Notes: generated by a model not told the origin, from the sequence alone. A stretch of DNA of 64,000 bases from Methanobacteriota archaeon (GCA_043799545.1 JAZDNO010000005.1:88313-152312), one strand, 5' to 3'. Positions 37,179 through 47,425 are shown, numbered from the stretch's first letter. Numbers and translations are program-made.

Positions 37179-37694
37179 TCATTTTTCAGAGACAATCTGA
37201 ACGATTTTATCGGATATTTCCCCGATTGCTCGAAGAACCGGTTCGGAAACACCCACCACCACGCCGCATTTGCCCGTCTGAACACCGACGAACCCGGTTT
37301 TGCATCCGCAGCTCTCCTCAAGATGTTCCGCCAGCGCCGCGAGGGGGATCCGGTGTGTGGAGGTCATTGTCCTGTCCAGCTCTCCCCTCCCGAGCATCCC
37401 CCAGCCTCCGGGGCTCAGCCCCATCTCCGCGGCGTCGACGATCAGGACGTGCGACGGTTTGAGCTTGATTATCTTCCCGGCCATGGACTCGGGCGAGGTG
37501 TGGCCTTCCAGGGCGACAAGCCCGATGGACGACCCATCTCCTGCATTTCCCGCCTGACGCGCTGGGAACGATTCCGCCAGCCTCCGGGCCACCAGAATCC
37601 CCGCGGCGTCGTCGCCGCGCAACTCGCTGCCGACTCCCAGGACGACCGCCAGTGACGCGCCTTGCAGAAAACCGGCCAACTGGTCATTCGCCAT
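37179..37694 (-). CDS. hycI: Hydrogenase maturation protease (HycI type)
   Basis: LGVGSELRGDDAAG, PE, IVDAA, STHRIPL. Confidence 0.92.
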   Translation of the reverse strand: MANDQLAGFLQGASLAVVLGVGSELRGDDAAGILVARRLAESFPARQAGNAGDGSSIGLVALEGHTSPESMAGKIIKLKPSHVLIVDAAEMGLSPGGWGMLGRGELDRTMTSTHRIPLAALAEHLEESCGCKTGFVGVQTGKCGVVVGVSEPVLRAIGEISDKIVQIVSEK

Positions 37695-37714
37695 CGGAAC
37701 TGGTGCCTTCCTGC

Positions 37715-38056
37715 TCACCTGACGATGACCTCTCCTTTCACATAATGTGCAAGCTCGAACTCCGTCGTCATCTCTATGGCATCCTTGGGGCAGCTCTCCA
37801 CGCACTGCTCGCAGAAGAGGCACCTCTCTATGTAGAAGACCGGGCGGTTTTTATCGTGAATCTTCTCCATGACGCAGGCGTTCGACGGGCAGTTGCGGGC
37901 GCAGGCCGAGCAGCTTATGCATTTCTCAAGGTTGAAGGCCAGCTTGCCCCGCAACCGGTCGGGCACGGGCGTCCTCTGCGCCGGATACAGGACAGTCACA
38001 GGCTTGCTGACGAGATACTTGAGGATGCTTGGCAGCATGGTTCCAGAGTACCTCAT
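37715..38056 (-). CDS. Hydrogenase 2x[4Fe-4S] subunit (NuoI/MbhN-like)
   Basis: VTVLYP...RGKL, CISCSACARNCP, CLFCEQCVESCP. Confidence 0.92.
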   Translation of the reverse strand: MRYSGTMLPSILKYLVSKPVTVLYPAQRTPVPDRLRGKLAFNLEKCISCSACARNCPSNACVMEKIHDKNRPVFYIERCLFCEQCVESCPKDAIEMTTEFELAHYVKGEVIVR

Positions 38057-39039
38057 CAGAACACCTCCATGGCACGGAGCACCAGGACAAGGAGTATCTG
38101 CACCACCCCGAGCTGGATGAGCCATTTGTACGAAACCTTTACCATCTGGTCGATGCGTATCCTTGCGACCACTGACTTCATCAGTATCAATAGCAGTATC
38201 ACGAACAGGGTCTTTACCAGGAAGATGGCGAAGCCTACAGTCCATCTGAGAATCGCCGGGTCGAGCGAGGACAGGTCGAAGAATACGGCGGAGGGGCCGC
38301 CCAGGAATACGGCCGCCAGCAGTCCGGCCCCGACCACCATCTCCACGTCGCGGAGCAGCCGGAAGAGGGCGAGCCTGCGCCCCGAGTACTCAGTCAACGG
38401 ACCGCCGACTATCTCCGTCTCCGCGTCGGGTATGTCGAACGGCAGCCTCTCCAGCTTCCCTTGAAGCGCAATCACTGCCACGAAGAATCCCAGCAGAGTC
38501 ACGAAGAGAGCGAGAGGGTTGTCAGAAACGAAACGAATGATTTCGGCCATGTTCCACGAGCCCGCCATGAGCGCCGGCGCCAGGAGCGCCAGGAAGAACG
38601 GGACCTCGTAGGAGAAGAGCTGAGTCGCCACGCGCATCGCGCCGACCTGGCCGAACTGGTTCCCCGAGTGCCAGCCCGCCAGGAAAAGGGCGAGCGACGG
38701 AATTGTCAGGAGGTAGAGGACCATTATCAGGTCGCCCTGGAACGAGAAGAGCGATGTCATTGCGACGACGGGTATGTACAAGGCCGCGCAAAGCACGGCC
38801 GCGAGCGCGAACACGGGCACCGCTGAGAACATCCCCGAATCGGCCTGCTCGGGCACAATGTCCTCCTTGGCCATGAGCTTGATGAAATCGGCGATGGGCT
38901 GGATGAACGGCGGCCCCACGCGCCTCTGCATGCGGGCGTACCCTTTCCTGTCAATCCATTCGACCACGGTGGAGAACCCCAAGACGAACAGGAACCCAGG
39001 GAAGACGAAGATGTACACGAGGGATAGGAGCCAGTTCAT
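38056..39039 (-). CDS. Hydrogenase membrane subunit (NuoH/MbhM-like)
   Basis: RKGYARMQRRVGPP..QPIADFIKL, R.PFDIPDAETEIVGG...EYSG. Confidence 0.94.
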   Translation of the reverse strand: MNWLLSLVYIFVFPGFLFVLGFSTVVEWIDRKGYARMQRRVGPPFIQPIADFIKLMAKEDIVPEQADSGMFSAVPVFALAAVLCAALYIPVVAMTSLFSFQGDLIMVLYLLTIPSLALFLAGWHSGNQFGQVGAMRVATQLFSYEVPFFLALLAPALMAGSWNMAEIIRFVSDNPLALFVTLLGFFVAVIALQGKLERLPFDIPDAETEIVGGPLTEYSGRRLALFRLLRDVEMVVGAGLLAAVFLGGPSAVFFDLSSLDPAILRWTVGFAIFLVKTLFVILLLILMKSVVARIRIDQMVKVSYKWLIQLGVVQILLVLVLRAMEVF

Positions 39040-40226
39040 GGCTTATACCCCCTTTCCGCGTACCAATCAATCCCGTGCTGCCTCAGCCGTTCCCAGTCCA
39101 TGACCTTTGCGGCCTCGCCAGGCCGGTTCACCTTCTTCACCAGGGCGCGGTCCATGCAGCCCATGCACGGGTCTATTGCCGCGACGATGATGGGAACGTC
39201 CGCCAGGTTGCACCCCTTCAGCATCTCCGCAGTCGCGGGCAAATTCGCCATCGTCGGTGTGCGAATCCGGACCCTGTCCGGTTTGTCGGTTCCGTTGGAC
39301 CTCATGTAGTGTATGTCCTCTCCCCTCGGTGCCTCGGTGTGGCTCGAAGCCTCGCCTTCTGGTACCTTCTTCGGAGCCTTGACCGTGAGCGGACCCGCGG
39401 GCATGTCGTTGAGCAGCTGCCTGCACATTTTGATGGACTCGAGCAGCTCCAGCGCCCTGACGATCACGCGCCCGTATACGTCGCAGGTGTCTGTGGTGAT
39501 GACCTTGAAATCCAAGTCCGCGTACGAGGCGTGCGGGTCATCTTTTCTGATGTCGGCTGTGATTCCTGAAGCGCGTATCGTCGGCCCTACCGCGCACAGT
39601 CTCCTGCCGACCTCCGGCTTCAGTATGCCCACGCCCTCGACCCTCTTCAGGAACGTCTTCTCCCTCGGCACCACGTCAATGTAGTAATTGGTGCGCTTCT
39701 CAAGCTCGTCGAGAACGTCGAGAGTCCGCCGCTTCTGGTTGTCGTCGACGTCTCTCCTGACGCCGCCGATTGTGTTCATCGCGTAGTTGACCCTGTTGCC
39801 GGAGATGAGCTCAAGGATGTCCTGCACCAACTCGCGGTCCTGCCAGGTGTACATGAAAAGCGTGTCGAAGCCAAGCTCGTGGCCCGCGACGCCGACCCAG
39901 AGATAGTGGCTGTGCAGGCGCTCAAGCTCGAGAAAGAGGGTGCGGATGTAGCTTGCCCGTTTAGGTATTTCGAGGTTGAGCAGTTCTTCCACGTTTTGAG
40001 CGTAGTTAGTCGTGTGCGTGTAGGAGCATATCCCGCAGACGCGCTCGACCAGGTAGAGGTTCTGTATGTAGTTTTTAGTCTCCATGAGCTTCTCTATGCC
40101 CCTGTGGCAGTAACCGATGTTGATGTCTATGTCGACGACCTGCTCGCCTTCGACGTAGATTGTGAAGTTCTCAGGTTCCTTGAGGGCCGGGTGCTGCGGG
40201 CCGATTGGAATGGCCACTTTAACCAT
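39036..40226 (-). CDS. Group 4 [NiFe]-hydrogenase large subunit
   Basis: L1 ERVCGIC and L2 DPCMGCMDR with all four Ni/Fe Cys, followed by a ~36-aa C-terminal extension. Confidence 0.95.
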   Translation of the reverse strand: MVKVAIPIGPQHPALKEPENFTIYVEGEQVVDIDINIGYCHRGIEKLMETKNYIQNLYLVERVCGICSYTHTTNYAQNVEELLNLEIPKRASYIRTLFLELERLHSHYLWVGVAGHELGFDTLFMYTWQDRELVQDILELISGNRVNYAMNTIGGVRRDVDDNQKRRTLDVLDELEKRTNYYIDVVPREKTFLKRVEGVGILKPEVGRRLCAVGPTIRASGITADIRKDDPHASYADLDFKVITTDTCDVYGRVIVRALELLESIKMCRQLLNDMPAGPLTVKAPKKVPEGEASSHTEAPRGEDIHYMRSNGTDKPDRVRIRTPTMANLPATAEMLKGCNLADVPIIVAAIDPCMGCMDRALVKKVNRPGEAAKVMDWERLRQHGIDWYAERGYKP

Positions 40227-40227
40227 C

Positions 40228-40695
40228 TTACTCACCCCCTTCCGGCCAGACCGCCGGTTGCTTCCATTCCTTCATCATCGGGTTTCCGCCAGGCCAGTTC
40301 TCCGGCAGAACGAGCCTCACGAGGTTTGCGTGCCCCACCGGCGTGACTCCCACCATCTCGTAGAACTCGCGCTCGTAAAGGGTGGCGCCAGGGAAGACGC
40401 CCGTTATCGTATCGACCTTCGGGTCGGACTTAGGCACAAAGACCTTGAGATTCAGCATGACCCCGCCGTGGAAGAAGTGATAGACCAGCAGTATGCCAGC
40501 TTCGCCGGCGTCCGCCCCGCTTATCAGCGCGATGTGCTCGAATCCCATGGGCTTGGACAGGTGTTTCACGACACGCACAAGGTCCTCCCTCGCCAGCATG
40601 ACCCAGACCCGCCTGTGCCGCTGGATGTGCACCTCCAGTTTGCCAGGGAAGGCCTTCTGCAGAGCGTCCCTGAGGTTCTCTTCCTTGCTGCCCAT
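40228..40695 (-). CDS. Hydrogenase subunit, NuoC/MbhK-like
   Basis: ISGAD...LVYHF, A.LYEREFYEMVG...GH.NL..L.LPE.WP. Confidence 0.9.
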   Translation of the reverse strand: MGSKEENLRDALQKAFPGKLEVHIQRHRRVWVMLAREDLVRVVKHLSKPMGFEHIALISGADAGEAGILLVYHFFHGGVMLNLKVFVPKSDPKVDTITGVFPGATLYEREFYEMVGVTPVGHANLVRLVLPENWPGGNPMMKEWKQPAVWPEGGE

Positions 40696-41130
40696 CTATT
40701 CACCCCCTTTGTCTATCTTCGCCAGAAGCTTCACCACGCCGTCCAGTATCGCCTCGGGCCTCGGCGGGCATCCAGGTATGTACGCGTCCACGGGTATGAC
40801 CTTGTCTACACCGCCCTCGACGCAGTATGCCCCGTCGAAGACGCCGCCAGAGCTCCCGCAGGAGCCCACGACGACGACGAACTTGGGCTCGGCCATCTGG
40901 TCGTACACCCTTTGAAGCCGCTTCTTCATCTGCCTCGTCACCGGGCCGGTGCAAACTAGCACGTCCGCGTGCCTGGGCGAGCCCCTCAGGAGCACCCCGA
41001 ACCTCTCCGCGTCGAGTCGCGGAATGAGGGCGACGAGAATCTCGATGTCGCATCCGTTGCACGACCCGCAGTTCATGTGCGCTATCCAAGGCGACTTTAT
41101 GCGCGCCCACTTCACCAAACCGTCAAGCAT
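40696..41130 (-). CDS. Hydrogenase small subunit (NuoB/MbhJ-like)
   Basis: GSCNGCDIE, SPRHADVL, GSC...GG, YIPGCPPRPE. Confidence 0.95.
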   Translation of the reverse strand: MLDGLVKWARIKSPWIAHMNCGSCNGCDIEILVALIPRLDAERFGVLLRGSPRHADVLVCTGPVTRQMKKRLQRVYDQMAEPKFVVVVGSCGSSGGVFDGAYCVEGGVDKVIPVDAYIPGCPPRPEAILDGVVKLLAKIDKGGE

Positions 41131-41461
41131 TCGGCTCACCTCCCCTGAAGATGAGGACAAGGGCGCTCACACCCACGACCACCGCCGTGAGGACGGCCAG
41201 CCATGCCATCTCCCCCGCCGGGGCCGTAGCAACTACAAGCACTCCCACATGCAGGATTGTGAAGAGGAACGCCACATGGAACAGCCCGTACGACTGCTCC
41301 ACTTTTCCGCCCGGGAAGTCCTCGCCGCACGCGTATGCCTTGAGCTTGCCCTTCGCCTCCCGGAAGGGCATGGCGGCCATCTTTCCGCCAAGCCAGTAGA
41401 TGAACAGTACGACGAGCAGGGCGAGCCCGAACGTAATCACAGGCAGCTCCAGCACGTTCAT
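41123..41461 (-). CDS. NuoA-like membrane subunit
   Basis: Hydrophobic segments flanking the loop KLKAYACGE. Confidence 0.8.
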   Translation of the reverse strand: MNVLELPVITFGLALLVVLFIYWLGGKMAAMPFREAKGKLKAYACGEDFPGGKVEQSYGLFHVAFLFTILHVGVLVVATAPAGEMAWLAVLTAVVVGVSALVLIFRGGEPNA

Positions 41462-42972
41462 GTCAGCACCCCCCCGGCGAGCTGGGAAAGCAGATCCACT
41501 GCGGGTTTGACCACCCTGAGGCCCAGCTCCGGCCAGATTCCGAGAGCGATTGTGATGGCCGCCAGCGCGACAATCGGCGCGAGCATGTAGGGCGACGGGT
41601 CCTTTGCCTTCAGAACTTCCTTTGTCTTGGCGCCGAGGTAGATGTTCTTAATCGTGGGCAGGTAGTATCCCAAAGCCAGCAGGGTGTTGAAGAGCGCGAT
41701 GCCGATGATGGCGACGCTCCAGCTGCCGATGATGGGGGACGTGTCCATCGCTCCCCTGAATATGAGCCACTCGGACATGAACCCGCTGAGCGGGGGCGCG
41801 CCGGCGAGCGACAGCAGCGCGATTGCGAGGCAGAACCCGGTGATTTTCATGGAATGGCCGATACCGCGCATGCACTTCACGTCGCGCGTGCCGAGCTCGT
41901 GTATTATCGCGCCGGCACAGAGGAAAGCGAGCCCTTTCATGAAGGCGTGCGTCATGATGTGGAAAAGCCCACCTTCGAAACCGGAGCGCACTCCGTATTC
42001 GAGCCCGAGGCCTATGCCTAGGACGATGTAACCCATCTGCGCCACGCTGGAGTATGCCAGGATGCGCTTCAGGTCCGCCTTCTGGAATGCGAACTGGACG
42101 TAGGCCATCAGGTTCCCGACAGTCATGGTGATGAGCGCCATGACTATCAGCAACCCGCCGTAACTCACACCTGTACCGGCGAATACCAGCAAAGCCTTCA
42201 TGAGCGCGAAGAGCCCGCCCTGTATCACTATTCCAGAGAGCATCGCGGATATCCCCGACGGCGCGGCAGAGTGCGCGTCTGGCAGCCACGTGTGGAGCGG
42301 GACCAGCGCGGCCTTGAACCCGAAACCGAGAACGAGCATCAGTACTGCCGCCTTCGAAATCGCCCCGCCCGCCAAGACTCCCACGAGCCCTGAGTAAGAG
42401 AGCGTTCCTGCCTCCATGTATATCAGCGAGATGCCAAAGAGGGCGATTACCGAGCCTACCGCGCTCATCATGATGTACTTCAGGCCGGCCTCGACCGCCT
42501 CCCATTTGTCCTTGCGGAAGGCCACGAGCGCGTACGACGGTATCGCCATCAACTCGAAGAACACGAACAGGACCAGCAGATCCGTCGCCATTGTTATGCC
42601 CAGGATTCCCGCGACCATCAGCATGAGCAGCGGATAGTACAGGTCGGTCCCCTTGTCATCTTCCATGTACTTTACGGAATAAAGCGAGACCGCCGAGAGC
42701 AGCCCGAGCGCAGTCAGGGACATCAGCGCTGTCAGCGCGTCGAATTGAAGGGTGCTTCCGCCGAGAGTGAAGAGCATCGGGCCGTTGTCCCAGACGTCAA
42801 GCGCTGCGCAGGCCGTCGTCGCGAAGGCCGTTGCCGCGAAGGCGAACGCCGCCAACCCCCCCCGGGATTTGTTGCCGGAAGCCAGGCCGTATCTTGCGAT
42901 TGCCATCGAGAAGAGCGCTCCGCCGAGCAGCAGCAGCAGGGGCAGAATCGCCAGCACCATCTCAAAATCCAT
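41458..42972 (-). CDS. Antiporter-like membrane subunit (NuoN/MrpD/MbhH-like)
   Basis: FFELM, EAGLKY, KAALVPLHTWLPDAH, KRILAYSSVAQMG, HAFMK. Confidence 0.92.
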   Translation of the reverse strand: MDFEMVLAILPLLLLLGGALFSMAIARYGLASGNKSRGGLAAFAFAATAFATTACAALDVWDNGPMLFTLGGSTLQFDALTALMSLTALGLLSAVSLYSVKYMEDDKGTDLYYPLLMLMVAGILGITMATDLLVLFVFFELMAIPSYALVAFRKDKWEAVEAGLKYIMMSAVGSVIALFGISLIYMEAGTLSYSGLVGVLAGGAISKAAVLMLVLGFGFKAALVPLHTWLPDAHSAAPSGISAMLSGIVIQGGLFALMKALLVFAGTGVSYGGLLIVMALITMTVGNLMAYVQFAFQKADLKRILAYSSVAQMGYIVLGIGLGLEYGVRSGFEGGLFHIMTHAFMKGLAFLCAGAIIHELGTRDVKCMRGIGHSMKITGFCLAIALLSLAGAPPLSGFMSEWLIFRGAMDTSPIIGSWSVAIIGIALFNTLLALGYYLPTIKNIYLGAKTKEVLKAKDPSPYMLAPIVALAAITIALGIWPELGLRVVKPAVDLLSQLAGGVLT

Positions 42973-44796
42973 TTAAGCACCTCCCAAGAAGAAGAGCGCC
43001 GCGAACATCACGAGCAGCGCGATGGCCACTCCGGTCAGGTTGATGTTCAGGTCGCCGGTGTGCGTTCGCCTGAACTTTACAGAAATCTCGCGCAACCCCA
43101 ACATCATGCCGTTGTATATGGTGTCAAAACCATAACCCGCCCTGACAATCCTCACTGGCCACTTCATGCAGGACATCTCAAAGATTGGCTTTCGGACGTA
43201 CCACAGGCCGACGCCGGCGAAGAAGGCGATGAGCGAGAATGCCGCCGCGGGGCTTGCGAAAGTCTCGGTGACGAGGTCCATGACCCCGAGCGCGTGGACT
43301 CCCTCGAATTCGAAGGCGTGGAAGGCCCTCGTGAAGTATCCGAAGGCGAGCCACGATATCGCCGCTCCGATTGCCAGGATTACCAGGGGTATGCTCATGG
43401 CCAGGGGCGCGTCGTGCGCCTTCCGGTCGCGCCTGCTCTCGCCCCAGAACACCAGGTTGAGCATCCTGAACGAGTAGAGGGCGGTCAGAATCGCAGTAAC
43501 GACAATCACCGCAAGCGGGAAGTAGTTGTGGCTCTCCCAGGCCGCCGCGAGGATGAGGTCCTTGCTCCAGAACCCGCTGAGGCCTATCAACCCTGCGAGC
43601 GAGAGGGCGCCGATGAGCATGGTGACGTATGTGAGCTTCATCTCCTTCGCGAGCCCGCCCATCTGGTACATGTTGCGCGTGCCCGAGGAGTGTATCACAG
43701 CCCCGGCCCCGAGGAAAAGGAGGGCCTTGAAAATTGCGTGGCTGAAGAGGTGGAAGCCCGCCGCGACGAAACCCATGAACAGCACGGATTCTGGGCCGTC
43801 GAACTTGATGAGCCCGGCCGCGAACATCATGAATCCGAGCTGGCTGACCGTGGAATACGCAAGCAGCCGCTTCAAATCCGGTTCGACGGCGGCCATCGTG
43901 GCCGCAAGTATCGCCGTGACCGCGCCGACGGTCATCACGATGGTCCCCCAGCCCTGCATGTGCCCGAACAGGGGCATCGTGCGCAGGATTAGGTAGACGC
44001 CCGAGTTGACCAGCGTCGCTGCGTGGATGAGTGCGCTGACCGTCGTCGGAGCCTCCATGGCGTCCGGCAGCCAAACGTGAAGCGGGACCTGGGCCGATTT
44101 GCCCATGGCGCCGATTATGAACCCCAACCCGGCTCCGCCGAGGGTGACTGAGGACAGCTGTCCGGCGTGGGCGATGAGCCACTGGATGCTGAACGCCTCG
44201 TCTATGGTCGCCCCGATGTCCCTCGCACCCGCGAAGAGGGCGAAGATGCCTATTAGGAAGGCCAGGTCCCCGACCCTTGTGGTGACGAAGGCCTTGATGC
44301 CCGCCTTGGCCGCCTTCTGGTCTGTCTGGTTGAATCCGATGAGGGCGTAGGAGCAGAGCCCGATTATCTCCCAGAAGAAGTACAGGACGAGGAGGCTGTC
44401 CGTGAAGACCAGCGCGACCATCGAGCCTATGAATAGCAGGACGAGGGCGTAGTATCGGCTCAGCCCGGGGCTTCCCTCCATGTACTTCACGGAGTAGAGG
44501 ACTACGAGCGCCCCGATGCAGCCCGCCACGAAGGCCATCATGACGGCCAGCGGGTCGAGGTAAATAGTGAAATTGAGCCCGATGGACGGCGCCCAGTCAA
44601 AGCTCAGCGCCACGGCCTGGACGTTGTCTATCCAGACGTCCCAGAGGAGCATCACGGTGCCGAACGCGCCGATGAACGCCATCACAACCGCGAAGATTGC
44701 CAGATACATTTTCCCTAGCTTGCCGACGATTGGGGCCAGCGCTGTTCCGATGAGCGGGATGCCGATTGCAATCATCACCATCATTTCGTAGTCCAA
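42973..44796 (-). CDS. Antiporter-like membrane subunit (NuoL/MrpA-like)
   Basis: FWEIIG, TTRVGD, GKSAQVPLHVWLPDAMEAPTTVSALIHAAT, GFWSKD; TTG start with SD. Confidence 0.94.
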   Translation of the reverse strand: MDYEMMVMIAIGIPLIGTALAPIVGKLGKMYLAIFAVVMAFIGAFGTVMLLWDVWIDNVQAVALSFDWAPSIGLNFTIYLDPLAVMMAFVAGCIGALVVLYSVKYMEGSPGLSRYYALVLLFIGSMVALVFTDSLLVLYFFWEIIGLCSYALIGFNQTDQKAAKAGIKAFVTTRVGDLAFLIGIFALFAGARDIGATIDEAFSIQWLIAHAGQLSSVTLGGAGLGFIIGAMGKSAQVPLHVWLPDAMEAPTTVSALIHAATLVNSGVYLILRTMPLFGHMQGWGTIVMTVGAVTAILAATMAAVEPDLKRLLAYSTVSQLGFMMFAAGLIKFDGPESVLFMGFVAAGFHLFSHAIFKALLFLGAGAVIHSSGTRNMYQMGGLAKEMKLTYVTMLIGALSLAGLIGLSGFWSKDLILAAAWESHNYFPLAVIVVTAILTALYSFRMLNLVFWGESRRDRKAHDAPLAMSIPLVILAIGAAISWLAFGYFTRAFHAFEFEGVHALGVMDLVTETFASPAAAFSLIAFFAGVGLWYVRKPIFEMSCMKWPVRIVRAGYGFDTIYNGMMLGLREISVKFRRTHTGDLNINLTGVAIALLVMFAALFFLGGA

Positions 44797-44800
44797 TCGC

Positions 44801-45088
44801 TCACCCCCTCAGCTTCGTGAATGCGCCCAGGTCCAGAGTGCCCGAGTGCCTGTATGCGTTCACGATCATGGCCAGCATCAGCGCGGCGATTATCGCGTCT
44901 ATCGCTATCGCGACGATTACCGTGACCTGGGCGACCATCCCGCCCGCGGCTAGGAAGCTCAGGGCGACGCCCTTCGCCATTATTTCAACGCCTATGACAG
45001 TCTTCACCATGTTCCGCTTCGTCATGACGCAGTAAACTCCAAGGATTAGGAAGGCGAACGCCAGTCCGAGGTTGAGGCTCAGCGCCAT
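44801..45088 (-). CDS. NuoK/MrpC-like membrane subunit
   Basis: GVYCVMTKRNMVKTVIGVEIM...AIDA..A..LAMIV..YR. Confidence 0.88.
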   Translation of the reverse strand: MALSLNLGLAFAFLILGVYCVMTKRNMVKTVIGVEIMAKGVALSFLAAGGMVAQVTVIVAIAIDAIIAALMLAMIVNAYRHSGTLDLGAFTKLRG

Positions 45089-45324
45089 TTCATCTCACCC
45101 CCGACGAGCGCCAGGATGCCCAGCGCGCCTGCGAAGATGATTATCCCTATGACGACCGCCGCCCAGGCGTAGTCGTTCCAGAGGGCGTTGGACAGGGCGC
45201 CTTGGTCTGCCGGCAACTCCCTGTCTGCTGCATCGACCCCGAAGTCCGCGTACAATCCTATCATGACAAGGGCGAACAGCCCGGCCGCGGCTGCCACAAA
45301 CATGAACTTATTCCCGCTGTTCAT
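45079..45324 (-). CDS. Small membrane subunit (NuoJ C-terminal half / MbhE-like)
   Basis: GALSNALWNDY...IIFAGALGILAL pattern. Confidence 0.65.
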   Translation of the reverse strand: MNSGNKFMFVAAAAGLFALVMIGLYADFGVDAADRELPADQGALSNALWNDYAWAAVVIGIIIFAGALGILALVGGEMKWR

Positions 45325-45580
45325 GCTCCGCCTCCTTGTCTGTGGTCATGCTCACCGCGGAGAGCAACAGCACGGTAATCAGCCCCGCGCAGACGCTCAG
45401 CTCGAAGACTGCCGCGAACGGAGCCCCGAGGATGAAAAAGACCGCCGCCAATAGGGCGCTGGAAATCCCCAGGGCGATGGCCGACTTGATGAGGTCCCTG
45501 AGTTCAATCGCAACCAGAACGAACAGCACCGCGACGGCCCCGAGACCGACGTTTGCAGCGCCTGCGATGTCGAATGCCAT
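45308..45580 (-). CDS. Small membrane subunit (NuoJ N-terminal half / MbhD / DUF4040-like)
   Basis: RDLIKSAIAL...LGAPFAAVFELSVCAGL.TVL. Confidence 0.75.
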   Translation of the reverse strand: MAFDIAGAANVGLGAVAVLFVLVAIELRDLIKSAIALGISSALLAAVFFILGAPFAAVFELSVCAGLITVLLLSAVSMTTDKEAEHEQRE

Positions 45581-45684
45581 GGATTTGCACCCCAGCCCCA
45601 CTAGGAGCAGATGGCGGGGGTGATGCCTCTATTTTTATATATATGTATTGACGGGCAAATGCGGAGGATTGCATATCGCAATAA

Positions 45685-46158
45685 TCAGCCTAGCTTGCGG
45701 ACCTGGACATTCGCCTCGTTAAGGACTTCCAATGCGAGCTCGTCCGGGTAACCGGCTTCGTATATCACGGAGGTTATTCCGGCGTTGACAATCATCTTCG
45801 CGCACACGCTGCACGGGCTGTTGGTGATGTACATCGTCGCGTCCTTGATGCTGACGCCGAAGTACGCGGCCTGGATTATGGCGTTCTGCTCAGCGTGGAC
45901 GCCGCGGCAGAGCTCGTGCCTTTCCCCGCTTGGCACTCTAAGCTTCTCACGCATGCAGCCAACTTCCTCGCAGTGCCTCATCCCCTTTGGTGCGCCGTTG
46001 TATCCGGTCGTGAGGACGCGCTTTTCTTTCATTATGACCGCCCCGACTGCCCGCCGGACGCAGGTCGAGCGAGTGGCAGCTAGATGCGCCATGCGCATGA
46101 AGTACTCGTCTATCGTGGGTCGTTTCGCTGCGGCCCGCTTGTCCGTTTTGCCTTTCAT
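45685..46158 (-). CDS. dCMP deaminase-family zinc deaminase
   Basis: RSTC.RR.VGA, TGYNG, HAEQNA, PCSVC. Confidence 0.92.
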   Translation of the reverse strand: MKGKTDKRAAAKRPTIDEYFMRMAHLAATRSTCVRRAVGAVIMKEKRVLTTGYNGAPKGMRHCEEVGCMREKLRVPSGERHELCRGVHAEQNAIIQAAYFGVSIKDATMYITNSPCSVCAKMIVNAGITSVIYEAGYPDELALEVLNEANVQVRKLG

Positions 46159-46235
46159 CGCAATTCCCGAAGCGCTTTGGCTTGATAAATCTTTATATCC
46201 CGAAGAGGCTTCTGTCGCGCAGGAAGGTCTGAACG

Positions 46236-47297
46236 ATGGACCCGGAGAAGCGCCAGTCGTACAAGGCAGGAACCGTCAGTTTCCTCAAGGAGGTCGCGAT
46301 AGCGGCAATAGCGGTTGGCATTATCATGGGCGGGCTGTACGCTTACAGCGGAGTGTGGCCACCTCTGGTCGTCGTTGAGTCGGGTAGCATGCAGCACAGC
46401 GACACCGTGAGTTCCGTCGGAGTCATCGATACCGGGGACATGGTGCTTGTCAGGTCCATTAAATCCCACAATCAGGTCACGACCTACATAGACGGAAGGG
46501 AGAACGGAATGAGCAATTACGGTGACTACGGGCACGTCATCGTTTACAGGCCGTACGGAAACAAGACAAAGGTCCCGATCATCCATCGCGCCGTCGCCTG
46601 GGTGGAGGTTAATGATACCAGGGTGCAGCAGCTTCCGAACGGGAGAATCGATTGGGGGAACTACTCCTTCGACGTGCCTGTGCTTGGCGAAGTTGGGATG
46701 AACATCCTCGAATTCCCGATACAGGGGTACGGGTATGCGGAGGTCACAATCACGATAGACCTCAGGACAATCCTGAGGTGGCAGGAGTTAAAGGGCAAGC
46801 TGCCTCACGACGGCTTCGTCACGGCTGGGGACCACAACATCGTCAAGTACCACGGCGGTTACGACCAACTGCAGCCGACAATATGCGCTGACCTCGTCGC
46901 ACCGGATTGGGTGATAGGAATCGCTTTCGGCGAGCTGCCGTGGGTCGGGCTCTTGAAACTCATGGTGTCCGGAGGGGCGGGGAGCGAGGTGCCGTCGAAC
47001 AGCTGGTGGATGCTGGGCCTGGCCGTATTCCTGGCGTTGGCCGTGCCGTTCAGCATCGATCTGGGCCTTCCGAAAGCGAAGGTTTGGTGGCGCAAGTGGA
47101 AAGGCACCGGACCGGATGGAGCCGGGGTGAAGGGCGATAAGGAGGGCCAAAAGGAGCAAGATGTGCCGCCCGATGCTAAAACGGAGGGGGGGAAAGAGAA
47201 GCCTGGCGCGCCGCCGGGCGATTCAGGAGAGAGACCGTCTCAACCAACCGAGCCCGCGGGAGGGAAACCTGCTGTGCCACCCGACGGAAAAAAATAA
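46236..47297 (+). CDS. Signal peptidase I (S26, archaeal type) with C-terminal TM helix and low-complexity tail
   Basis: VVESGSMQH, GDMV, IIHRA, TAGDHN. Confidence 0.88.
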   Translation: MDPEKRQSYKAGTVSFLKEVAIAAIAVGIIMGGLYAYSGVWPPLVVVESGSMQHSDTVSSVGVIDTGDMVLVRSIKSHNQVTTYIDGRENGMSNYGDYGHVIVYRPYGNKTKVPIIHRAVAWVEVNDTRVQQLPNGRIDWGNYSFDVPVLGEVGMNILEFPIQGYGYAEVTITIDLRTILRWQELKGKLPHDGFVTAGDHNIVKYHGGYDQLQPTICADLVAPDWVIGIAFGELPWVGLLKLMVSGGAGSEVPSNSWWMLGLAVFLALAVPFSIDLGLPKAKVWWRKWKGTGPDGAGVKGDKEGQKEQDVPPDAKTEGGKEKPGAPPGDSGERPSQPTEPAGGKPAVPPDGKK

Positions 47298-47425
47298 TTC
47301 GCCGAAGCTAAAAGGGCGCAAACGGTCCAACAGAGCCAACCTTATTAAATGAAAACGCTATATACCTACCTCAATCGAAGGCCGCCTGCGCAGGGCGTCC
47401 AACGGTGCAAGTTGGTGTTCACCAG

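Noticed and set aside
37715-45580. NADH dehydrogenase or F420H2 dehydrogenase (Nuo/Fpo)
   Set aside because: The large subunit retains both CxxC Ni-binding motifs and a HycI protease is attached; no NuoEFG or FpoF.
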